A stretch of 64,000 nucleotides of DNA from Octopus sinensis (Eukaryota). Below the pieces are notes generated by a model that did not search any database, was not told where the DNA came from, and was given only the letters and a program-made list of their open reading frames with translations. Below are positions 53,070 through 64,000 of this stretch, piece by piece; position 1 is the stretch's first letter; the number at the start of each line of letters is the position of its first letter. A program made the translations under genes and the position numbers. Where the stretch lies: NCBI RefSeq assembly GCF_006345805.1, contig NC_043014.1, positions 1,116,001 to 1,180,000 on the forward strand. Reading direction: 5' to 3'.

Positions 53070-54120
53070 ATCACAATATTTTATGATGTCACACCTCATC
53101 ATAGTCACAATATTTGTGGTGTCACACCTCATCATAGTCACAGTATTTGTGATGTCACACCTCATCAAAGTCACAATATTTGTGGTGTCACACCTCATCA
53201 TAGTCACAATATTTTGTGATGTCACACCTCATCATAGTCACAATATTTGTGGTGTCACACCTCATCATAGTCACAATATTTTATGATGTCACACCTCATC
53301 ATAGTCACAATATTTTATGATGTCACACCTCATCATAGTCACAATATTTGTGATGTCACACCTCATCATAGTCACAATATTTGTGGTGTCACACCTCATC
53401 ATAGTCACAATATTTTATGATGTCACACCTCATCATAGTCACAATATTTTATGATGTCACACCTCATCATAGTCACAATATTTGTGGTGTCACATCTCAT
53501 CATAGTCACAATATTTATGATGTCACATCTCATCATAGTCACAATATTTGTGGTGTCACATCTCATCATAGTCACAATATTTATGATGTCACACTTCATC
53601 ATAGTCACAATATTTGTGGTTTCACCCCTCATCATAGTCATAATATTTGTGGTGTCATACCTCATCATAGTCACAATATTTGTGGTGTCACATCTCATCA
53701 TAGTCACAATATTTATGATGTCACACTTCATCATAGTCACAATATTTGTGGTTTCACCCCTCATCATAGTCATAATATTTGTGGTGTCACACCTCATCAT
53801 AGTCACAATATTTTGTGATGTCACACCTCATCATAGTCACAATATTTTGTGGTGTCACACCTCATCATAGTCACAATATTTTATGATGTCACACCTCATC
53901 ATAGTCACAATATTTGTGATGTCACACCTAATCATAGTCACAATATTTTATGGTGTCACACCTCATCATAGTCACAATATTTTATGATGTCACACCTCAT
54001 CATAGTCACAATATTTGTGATGTCACACCTCATCATAGTCACAATATTTTATGGTGTCACACCTCATCATAGTCACAATATTTTATGGTGTCACACCTCA
54101 TCATAGTCATGATATTTGTA
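53070..54120. repeat. Minisatellite, 30/31-bp unit, ~34 copies
   Basis: Unit GTCACACCTCATCATAGTCACAATATTT(T)RTGRT. Confidence 0.95.
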
Positions 54121-54907
54121 ATATCACACAACTTAGTTGCAATAGGTATGATGTTACACCTGCTTATCATTACCCCTGATTACACTGGCAATAATTTGCC
54201 CCTCCAGTGTAACGATGTGTTGTTAGGTCACCTCCTCTGATGACCAATTGCTCCTACCACACTTTCAGAGACATTGTTTAACCCTAGGTCAGCCCTGAAT
54301 GGGCAAAGACATTCCAGTCATGACCATCACATCTTTTCCCTATATACAGGGAACTTAGTACTATATTGCTCAACATACCCTTTTGAAGGTTGTAGTGAGG
54401 GTTTCATGGTTTGAGGGAGATTTAGCTGCTCTTTCTAGCAGACTAAGCTACCACCTAAAGGTTCCCACGTTGGCTCATATTTACAGAAATTCCATTGAGT
54501 CAGTTAACGAGAGGAATTAAATTAATCTCGGTCATTAATTAGTATTTAATTGGTTCTCCAGCAGTGTACAACTTACACTTAACCTCACTTGTTCTCAACC
54601 GAGCAACAAGAGATGTAAAACTCGAAGCCAGAAAAGTGGCCAAATGACTCCTTTACCATTTACTCCGGTGCCACCCCCCCCCCTCACCGCTCATGGTTCT
54701 GCAATTTAATAATGTTCTGCTGCCAGATTTTATTCTTATTTTTGCTCTGATGCCTTATTGCTATTTTGGGCAAAAATGCATAAAATTGTTGGCAGAGTCT
54801 AGGGGTGGGGGTGGGGAGGTAGTTTGTTGAAAGAGTGATGGTTGATGACTGATGATTGATGATTATCTTTCAGCTTTTTTGGTTTTTCTTTTTAATCTAT
54901 AAAATAG

Positions 54908-55512
54908 TGGAGGCACATGGCCTAGTGGTTAGAGCAGTGGACAGGCGGTTGAAGGATTGCAGGTTCGAATCTCAGACCGGGCGATGTGTGTGTTTATGAG
55001 CGAAAACACCTAAGCTCCACGTGGCTCTGGTAGAAGGTAATGGTGAACTTCTGCTGACTCTTTTGCCACAACTTTCTCTCACTCTTTCCTCCAGCATCTT
55101 GCAGCTCACCTGCAACGGACCGGCGTCCCGTCCAGGTGGGGAACCTATATGCCAAGAAACCGGGAAACAGGCCCTATGAGCCAGGCATGGCTCGAGAAAG
55201 AGCAACACACACATGGCCTAGTGGTTAGAGCAGTGGACAGGCGGTTGAGGGATTGCAGGTTCGAATCTCAGACCGGGCGATGTGTGTGTTTATAAGTGAA
55301 ACACCTAAGCTCCACGTGGTTCCGGCAGAAGGTAATGGTGAACTTCTGCTGACTCTTTTGCCACAACTTTCTCTCACTCTTTCCTCTAGCATCTTGCAGC
55401 TCACCTGAGACGGACCAGCGTCCCGTCCAGGTGGGGAACCTATACACCAATGAAACCGGGAAAACCAGCCCTTATGGGCCAGGAATGGCTTGAGAAGGAG
55501 CAACACACACAC
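54908..55512 (+). mobile_element. Head-to-tail tandem dimer of SINE family C
   Basis: Two consecutive copies (~54908-55209 and ~55210-55512). Confidence 0.88.
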
Positions 55513-55996
55513 ACAATCTATAAAATGATATGATATTGGAATATAAAAAAATTTTGGAGTGGAGGTGTAGGGGTAGTTAAAGATGCTGTAGGACTCTGAC
55601 GAATTTTCAGAATTACCAAAGAACGCAACTATCCTCGTCATCATCATCATCATCACCACCACTTCATGGCTAAAGATAACAGCTAAACTCCACTCGTATC
55701 ATATCTTTAGATAGGCAAGAGAGTGAATAATGCAGTCCTAGTTACACTGTGTCTGAAAATAAGATGGATGGGCATGGCAAGATTGTCTGAGGTTTGAGGA
55801 GGTTGAAAACCTGGATAGGACAGAAAGTATTCTTTGATTTAGTAATATTATGTGTGGGGAGGGGTGATTGTTGCCATGTGAGATCGTTATAGACTAACAA
55901 TTACACACACACGCACACACACACGAGTATATGTGTGTGTGTGTGTGTTTGGTTTGCATATTGGTTATATCTGTTATGCGTATTTTCTGGTTACAG

Positions 55997-56156
55997 GTTA
56001 TGGGGCGCCATTAGCGTGGTGATCTTCAACTTTATCATATTTTTGGCTGTGGTGTCGCATCTGCGAGCTGTTCTCTCAGACCCTGGAATCGTACCAATTC
56101 CTAAAACAACCCTAGATTTCTCTGACATGCACTCAGGTCACAAAAGTCCTTGTATG
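55997..56156 (+). CDS. ZDHHC3: Palmitoyltransferase ZDHHC3/7-like, coding exon 2
   Basis: Acceptor ttttctggttacag|G, donor ATG|GTAAGT. The phase-2 join gives ...SDT-LWGAISVVIFNFIIFLAVVSHLRAVLSDPGIVPIPKTTLDFSDMH..., i.e. TM2 followed by the conserved DPG motif of DHHC proteins. Confidence 0.9.
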
Positions 56157-57079
56157 GTAAGTAATTGGGTTCACTCCCTAATCATCATTATTATTATTAT
56201 TATCATTATTATTATCGTTCACCTTTGTCTTAACTATGACATCAGAAAATTAAACCATTCAGTCATAAAGCTTTATCATAAACTTTTGTTTTGTTAATTC
56301 ACATCTGACTTTGTTGTTTAAAGAAAAGAAATGCTTTTTCTTTTTCAATTTAAAATATAAATTTGAATCTAAAAAAAATAATTGCTTCATTGATTCTAAT
56401 TACTTTTTTGTTTTCAAATCCTATTCCCCCCTCCCCACATATAGTTGTTGTTGTTTAACTCCAGGTTAACCTTATTCAAGCAGGCATATGATCAAAAGCA
56501 TTCCAGTCATGGCCATCCTGTCTTTTTAAAGACTACATAATCTAGTATATCCTTCGTTTATGAAAGATGGTAGTGTGTAATTTGCGGGTATTTAGCTGCT
56601 ATTTGTCACAGATCTAACAACTATATAGAGAGGTTTTCTTTAGCCTATCCCCCACCCTGCCACCTCTCACCCATGTTATGGCATCTCTGATGAATTCTTA
56701 CAGAGCAGAGCTTTCCAAACTTTTTACTTACCCCAACCCTGTAACAAAATTCAACTTCCATTCACTCTTTCTCCATCAGACAAATTAATCAAATATTTAA
56801 TTACAGAGCCCTAATCTATTAACCAATGTTTAATTACAATCTACAAGAATCCTCATTGTCATTGTCTTAAAAAACAAAGGACATGTTGGATAATGAAGTC
56901 ATAGAGGTCTGAACAACAGAAGATGGAATGGTCCTGGCTGGAACTTTTTTAATCATATGTCATATCAATCAAGACTGATATAAGGCTAAGTGACACCCCC
57001 ACCTCTGACAACTCCACCAGCAACAACAACAACAACATACTGTTGCTTTACAAACTAATTCTTCTGTTTATTTGCAACT

Positions 57080-57500
57080 CATTCATGTCTGGTCAAGCTT
57101 GCCTGGACATTTTTAACCCATACACACCATCCATCCGACTCCTGCATTAGTTGAGTAAATTCTTCAGAGAGGCATCCAGTGTGTCTGGTGAGTTAGTCTA
57201 AATACATTATGTTCAGATGACCTGCTTGGGTACAGCCATGCTTTGGCATCCATAACAGTAGGTCACTTGTCAGCTCTTGTTCTGCTCACCAGCAATTTCT
57301 TGCAATGTGCAAGTGGAAACAGACACATCTCCTTACAGCTGTTTCTTGGTGGGTTGAGATTTTTAAGATGTGTTTAAGACTGCTCTTAACATTCAGGTGT
57401 AAGTTCCATCTAGCTTGGATTCCAGTTTTTTTTTCTTGGTAAGGGTTGTTGTTCCATAGAAAAGAACTGATTCTACCATTGCTTGGAAAAAATTCCTAAT
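57080..57500 (-). mobile_element. Decayed RTE-X-like LINE 3' fragment
   Basis: Broken frames FFQAMVESVLFYG..ESKLDGTY..LRAVLN..PTKKQL. Confidence 0.6.
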
Positions 57501-58974
57501 TTACAACAATTGGTGTAGAAATACATCAAAGTTGTTTTTGTCTAAAATCCTGACCTCCTTTTCCTTCAGAAAAATGTTGTCCAAAAATAATTCCTAAAAA
57601 TGATTCTACTCTGCAAGTCTTCATTCCAGATGTTGCAAAAATTGTTGTTATAGTTTGATTGGCACCAGGTTAACCTTGATCTGGTATACCTGTAATCAAA
57701 GACAGTCTAACCATGACCATCCTGTCTTTTATTCAGACTAAGTATATCTAGGACTACATTATTTAATGTGTCTACCTTTTTTAGGGTGAGATTTGGTTAT
57801 TTCTAATTGATCAAGAAGCCCTGTAGAGGTTCCTTGGTTGGGTAAAATGGTTTCTCTGTGTAGGAAGGTTGTCTTTTGGTGGTTTGCCACAGTTGAGGTA
57901 TGACAAAGAGACTGGGGTAGCAGAATGGCCATTAGAGTTGAACAACCTTTCCCTTAAACCACTTTTTAGTCAATGTAATAAGCTGTAAAATCGTTTTCAA
58001 GGTGGATCCAGCTGGGTCGTGGCCCCAATAACTAAAACTAATAAAAGAGCAATGCATTGGAAGAATTCGGGTCTTGTCTCTATGATGTAGGGTTCTTGTT
58101 TCAATAAAAGACATTATTGGCTTTGGGGCAACTGATTCCTTCTTAGGGGACACTGGGGAGATTTGAACTCTGCACAGCTCCCTGACATATTCTCTTGAAT
58201 TATACAGCCTGCTCCTGCATCTTGTGTGAGTGTGTGTATGTTGGTTTGTGTGTTATGGATGTGTGTATGCGTACATGTATGTTTGTGTATATGCGTGTGT
58301 GTGTGTGTTTATATATGCAGGTCTGTGTATGTGAAGGCTCATGGCTAAATGGTTAGGGTGGTCTGCTCAAGACCACAAGGGGGGCATTGCACCCTTGAGC
58401 AAGACACTCTGTTTCACGTTGCTCCAGTTCATTCAGCCGACAATAACGAGTTGTACCTGTAATTCAATGGGGTCCAGCCTTGTCATGTCATGTTAGATGT
58501 ATGCATGTCTGTGGAATACTCAGCCACTTGCGAGTCAATGTCACAAGCAGGCTCTTCCATTGATCGGATCAGCTGGAACCCTCATCATTGTTATCGACAG
58601 AGTGCTAGTTTCTTTGTGTGTGTGTGTGTGTGTGTAAAACAGATCAAAATCAATGAAGTTTGATCTATTAATATCTTTCTAAAAATAAATGCTCTAATTT
58701 CTCTTCTTTTGTGAATGTTGGCTATTGGCCATCACCGCTGATGGATTCACTATTCCATTCTGGCTTCTGGCCATCACGAATGACTGATACACACCATTCA
58801 TAATCATGACCGTTGCTGCACCAGCAAGGAAGACGCCCAACAGATTGCTCTTCTCTGCAAAGACCACTAACAGAATATCAAGTTGATGTGTGTGTGTGTG
58901 TGTGTGTGTGTATTAGAGGTTACAGAGTGACTCAAAGGCTGAAAGTTTCGTGCACAGACACTTATCAAATGTCA

Positions 58975-58992
58975 ATATATATACACACACAT

Positions 58993-59047
<55 letters not shown>

Positions 59048-59250
59048 TATACATATATATACATTATATATATACACATATACATATATATATATATATA
59101 TAATATATATATATAATATATACATATATATACATTTATATATATACATATATATATGTATATATACATATATATATACATATATATACATATATATATA
59201 TACATATATATATGTATATATACTATATATATACATACATATATATATAT

Positions 59251-59293
<43 letters not shown>

Positions 59294-59335
59294 ATATATT
59301 ACATATACATATATATATATATATGTATATATATT
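58975..59335. repeat. Degenerate (TA)n tract
   Basis: Direct inspection. Confidence 0.95.
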
Positions 59336-59462
59336 AACGTTTTGTAAGTGTCTATGCCCTACACACACACACATGTTTTGAGTTCTATTTTCTTGTTTGC
59401 ATCACTAAACGTACATACACACATACATACCTGGGTTTGTATGTGTGTATGTATGAATATAC

Positions 59463-59497
<35 letters not shown>

Positions 59498-59727
59498 TGT
59501 TGACATTTTATGACTTCACTTGTCACTCTTTGAGCAAAACGAGGACATGAGGTTTACATTCCTCGTTGTAATGACAACCAGTTGTTTAGGCACTTTTGAA
59601 GACCAGTGGAATCCTAAGAAAATCCCTTTGAAAACCATTACCAGGCATTCTTTGCTCCCCGCCCTCTTTCTTACCAGCAGACATGTGGTTGCCAGCCTTG
59701 TCTCACTCTTCTCTTACCTCTGTGTTC

Positions 59728-59763
59728 CTTTCTGTCGAAGAGCATTGGCTCGAAACGTAAAAG
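59728..59763 (+). ncRNA. Minimal hammerhead-like motif, variant core
   Basis: CUUU-CUGUCGA-A-GAGC-AUUG-GCUC-GAAAC-GUA-AAAG. Confidence 0.5.
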
Positions 59764-60215
59764 ACTTTCCTCTCCATCTCTCTCTCCCTGTTGTTAGTCA
59801 CGTTGCCTTGATCAGATGGAGAGAGAGGCAAGTTAGAGGAACCTGAAGACGCTTTCATCTCCATGGTTACAAAGCAGCTTCATCAGGATTCCTGCTTTTC
59901 AATCTGTGAATTAGTTGATGTCAGGGAAGGCATTCATCTAAACGCACCATGCTGGTATGGAAAATACTAATGAGATGTGGTCTCTGGAAGGGGTGGGGAT
60001 AACCCTGAATGAGAACTTAGCTCTGTCTGTGACAATCCAGTCAACCCTGTTGGCATGGAAACTGGACATAAAATTATGTGCTTTGAAGGATCTGCAGAAT
60101 ATAAAAATCTCTGACTTGAAAAACATATAATGGTTGGCAACAGGAAGAGCATTTAGCCATAAAAGTCCCGATCCAAGCCATGCTAGCATGGAGGTCCCTG
60201 TTTATTTCTGTGCTC

Positions 60216-60251
60216 CTTTCTGTCGAAGAGCGTATGCTCGAAACATAAAAG
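60216..60251 (+). ncRNA. Minimal hammerhead-like motif, second copy
   Basis: CUUU-CUGUCGA-A-GAGC-GUAU-GCUC-GAAAC-AUA-AAAG, 488 nt downstream of the first copy. Confidence 0.45.
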
Positions 60252-60342
60252 ACTTTCTCACTTCCCGAGCGTTAAACTAACACATCTGTTTGTTTTGTAC
60301 ACACCCATCTTCGCCTTTATTTTTTTTGTAAATTCTTATATG

Positions 60343-60385
<43 letters not shown>

Positions 60386-60735
60386 GTACACATTTACACT
60401 TGCATAACTATACATACATATTTATTTACAGGTATGTATACATACACACGTACATGGCACCATTTCTTAAATATATCCATCATATTGTTATTATTATAAT
60501 ATATAATGATTCTGACAACCTGAGTTTGGATTTCACCAATAGTAACTGTGCCCTCATTCTACATGAACCAATAAAATAAAGTACCAGTCATGTACTGGGG
60601 TTAATGCTATTAACCCCCCCCCCATCCTCCAATATATTGAGCTTTCTGCCTCTGTCTTCAGAAATCAGTATATATTATGTTAATGCGTGGCAAGGTGTGT
60701 TAAATGCTGGCATGTGCTGTACAGTCACTGTGGCT

Positions 60736-61108
60736 TGAACTCTTTTGGTGCCATATTTCTGGTGGAAGGCATTGCCTTTGCTTCAATTCATTTTGAAAAT
60801 AATGAAGAATTTATTGAAATAACTGTCATTTTAATAAAGCTGGTGTTTGAACCAAAAATGAACCCAAAATTTTGGTGGCAGCTTTTAATTCAGAACTCTT
60901 TGACCCTTTAGCATTCAGATTTCTTTGTCAAATGTAATGCAGATGTGCAGGAGTGGCTGTGTGGTAAGTAGCTTGCTAACCAGCCACATGGTTCCGGGTT
61001 CAGTCCCACCGCGTGGAACCTTGGGCAAGTGTTTTCTGCTATAGCCCCGGGCCGACCAATGCCTTGTGAGTAGATTTGGTAAATGGAAACTGAAAGAAGC
61101 CTGTCGTA

Positions 61109-61176
<68 letters not shown>

Positions 61177-61861
61177 GTGAATTGAAGAAATGGAGTTGAA
61201 CGAAGATTGAACAGAAATCGTCTTCAATTCACTAATAATATTAAAATTCAATTATCCGCACCAACGCACGGTTGCAACACCATATGGTTGTACCTCCAAC
61301 CGTGCTGTCTTCTGCTGTGATTTTTGCTATCAAGGTATCGGTTAAACTTTTGATTAATCTGCAACAAGATTATTCATCTTTCTATTTCACAAAATATATA
61401 TATATATATATATATGTGTGTGTATGTGTTTGTCCCCCTAGCATTGCTTGACAACCGATACTGGTGTGTTTACGTCCCCGTCACTTAGCGGTTCGGCTAA
61501 AAAGAACGATAGAATAAGTACTGGGCTTACAAAGAATAAGTCCTGGGGTCGATTTGCTCGACTAAAGCGGTGCTCCAGCATGGCCACAGTCAAAGGACTG
61601 AAACAAGCAAAAGAGTAAAAGAGTATATTTATTCACATTGTTTTGAATTAATCAGGCATTGTCTTGTAGCTTCGAGATTTCTTTGATGTGATTGTTTACT
61701 TTTAGAATGACATTGTAGGATAGGTGTGAGGGGCCGGATCTGGCTGGTTTGAACATAAATCAAGTAGAATATTTAGGCCTGATATGCTAAAGGGTTAAAA
61801 CAAGAAGTTCATATCATTGAAGCAAGGGCTGTCTTGGACAGGTTGGTATCAAAAGGGTTAA
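60736..61861. mobile_element. Nested TTAA-CCC...GGG-TTAA (piggyBac-like) MITEs with inserted SINE
   Basis: Outer ends tgaaCTCTTTTGGTGCCA / TGGTATCAAAAGGGttaa; inner ends ttgaCCCTTTAGCAT (60904) / ATGCTAAAGGGttaa (61794). Related copies at ~28110-28350 and ~30770-31022. Confidence 0.6.
60944..61623 (+). mobile_element. SINE family A copy interrupted in its (TA)n by a ~220-nt insertion
   Basis: Head 60944-61110 and 3' half 61420-61623 match 19954-20370. Confidence 0.85.
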
Positions 61862-61930
61862 TAACCATCATGTTTATCACCGAATCAGTCTATATAATCT
61901 GTATTGTTTGTTATGAAAGAAGCCCTTTAC

Positions 61931-62165
61931 AAAGGCCGCGAGCTGGCAGAAATGTTAGCATGCCGGGCGAAATGCTTAGCAGTATTTCGTCTGCCGCTAC
62001 GTTCTGAGTTCAAATTCCGCCAAGGTCGACTTTGCCTTTCATCCTTTCGGGGTCGATAGATTAAGTACCAGTTATGCACTGGGGTCGATGTAATCGACTT
62101 AATGCCTTTGTTTGTCCTTGTTTGTCCCCTCTGTGTGTAGCCCCTTGTGGGCAGTAAAGAAATAA
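61931..62165 (+). mobile_element. SINE family B copy with 16-bp TSD
   Basis: GAAAGAAGCCCTTTAC repeated exactly at 61915-61930 and 62166-62181. Confidence 0.9.
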
Positions 62166-62767
62166 GAAAGAAGCCCTTTACTACAACAGCAAGGAGTCTG
62201 TGTGTATTCTTCACACTACCAAGGAATGTCACAACTTCCAAAACAAAACTAAACCCTCCTACAAAGATAAGTATATTTGCATCCCTGACACCACCCAACA
62301 CCGGCACCAACACCAGACACCGTTTATTCAAAGCACCGTTATCTGCCATTTAGTTTGCAGTCAGTCTTCCTCTTGCAGTAGTTCTTCATGCAGTAGGTAT
62401 AGGGGGTGTTCAGGGCTGGTGGGGGGCAGTTTATAGTTGATTACTTTTAAATGTTCTGCTGCATTCTACAACAGAATGTGGCTGGCATCATTAGCTTCTT
62501 ACTAGAATTGGCTTTTTTTTTAAAAAAAAGGAAACACAACACTTTTTTACAATCATTTAGTTTATTTTTGTTTGATTTTTTTTTATTCTGTTTTATTTTT
62601 TGAGATTCTTAGAATATTTAGAAAGTTTTATTTACACTGGCAACCATTGAGATTTTCCTTACACTATGATCATCTCTGTCTCTCTTTATCTCTCTCTTGC
62701 TCTCTCTCTCTTTCTTTGCCTCTCTTTCTTCCTTTGCCTCCCTCTCTCTCTCTCTCTATATATATAT

Positions 62768-62812
<45 letters not shown>

Positions 62813-62834
62813 ATATATATATATATATATATAT

Positions 62835-63020
62835 GTTGCTTGGCCGCATACCGAAAAATTAGAAATAGCAGTCAAGACTGTTTATTTCTATTTTCTACAA
62901 GTGGGGCTCCACAAACTACAGAATTACAGGGATATGTCTTATGAGGAGCCCCACTTGTAGAAAATAGAAATAAACAGTCTTGGCTGCTATTTCTAATTTT
63001 TCGGTATGCAGCCAAGCAAC
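62835..63020. repeat. Long inverted repeat, 76-bp arms and 34-nt loop
   Basis: 62835-62910 is the reverse complement of 62945-63020 with 2 differences. Confidence 0.92.
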
Positions 63021-63925
63021 CTGTTGCCTGCCCCATTTATTTATATACAATATATATACTGAACTTTACAGAAGTTCCTACCGTTAATCGGTTATATTTA
63101 CATACCGAATTCTACCAGTAAATAATTGTTGGGTTTTTTTAAAAACCATTATAGGAATTATTTACTCTTATTATTATATATATATATGTATGTATGTATG
63201 TATATATACTCACACACACATACATTTGTCTCTCCCTCTCCAATTTTTTTATTTCTAGATGGACCATATCACAAACTGTTCCAACAAAACATTTATGTTT
63301 TTTTCCAATTCTGCCCAAAATTTAGAAATAAATGAACAAACTTTGGTTGTGATTTCCAGACTTTTTTTTCTCTTTTTCCAGGAAACAAAATGGATTTTAT
63401 GTCAATTCAAAACATTTAGCTAAATTTGGAATAAGTTCTTACACCATCGGGAGACAAGAATACGGTTATTCCTTCAGATATTTTGTGGGAAGAAAAAGAG
63501 AAAGAACTCTTTAAAACAGATTTTGAACAAATTTTAACACCAACCCACCTGAGACCTCTGCTGGTTCCATCACATACGTGTGGCCCGTTTTAAGGGTGTC
63601 ATCTAAGTGAAATCACCCATCATCTGACATTTCCTTTTGATCTTTCAAATTCCAGATTAATATGAATTCTACGAAATTTCATCAAATTCTCAGTTATTTA
63701 AAGAATTCTGTCTGTTAAAAGGGTTTCATGAAGGGTTTCTGTGTTCTTGTCTCTCCATGGTGTTGTCAAAACTTCACTAAATTCTCAAACTTTTTCACAT
63801 GATTTTTCACTGCCACTGATTTCCTGAGACTCTGCTTATCATTTTAATGTTTAATTAATTTACCATTATTAAAAGATTAAAGTGGTCATCTCTTAATTTT
63901 CTCTCAAGATCAACACTGCTAAAGA

Positions 63926-63979
<54 letters not shown>

Positions 63980-64000
63980 CATCTTCTGATTTGTCATTCA

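Noticed and set aside
53083-53870. Repetitive ORFs and CRISPR-like periodicity
   Set aside because: Head-to-tail minisatellite with no unique spacers, frequent frame changes, no cas genes and eukaryotic context.
57334-57346. TTACAGCTGTTTC resembling the hammerhead 3' half
   Set aside because: Lies within the decayed RTE-X coding frame (KKQL) with no CUGANGA core or stem II.
56157-64000. DHHC catalytic exon of the ZDHHC gene
   Set aside because: No C..C...RPPRAHHC...DHHC-encoding segment was seen; it presumably lies beyond the window.

Overview
Eukaryotic, AT-rich, microsatellite- and transposon-dense DNA. The SINE families, RTE LINEs and long (TA)n/(CA)n/(GATA)n tracts suggest an octopus (coleoid cephalopod) genome; this is an inference from repeat content. 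The one recognisable host gene is a ZDHHC3/7-like palmitoyltransferase on the + strand: coding exon 1 at 36594-36712 and exon 2 at 55997-56156, joined in phase across a 19.3-kb intron; no DHHC catalytic exon was found in the window. Mobile DNA includes a near full-length RTE LINE (APE-RT with an embedded PHD-like Cys/His finger), several decayed RTE, RTE-X and CR1-like copies, a Penelope-like GIY-YIG fragment, a Tc1/mariner fragment, several MITEs and at least three tRNA-headed SINE families. Items worth follow-up: (i) Penelope-type hammerhead-ribozyme motifs of several families, including a tandem pair with a variant CUGUCGA core; (ii) an in-frame 30-nt cassette microexon candidate in ZDHHC intron 1; (iii) a phase-consistent antisense gene candidate nested in that intron, with a duplicated, possibly mutually exclusive exon; (iv) a bidirectional promoter with RFX X-box motifs; (v) long intronic hairpins that could be ADAR substrates. 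Most ORFs in the six-frame track are microsatellite artefacts. All calls were made by eye, without database searches, and repeat boundaries are approximate.
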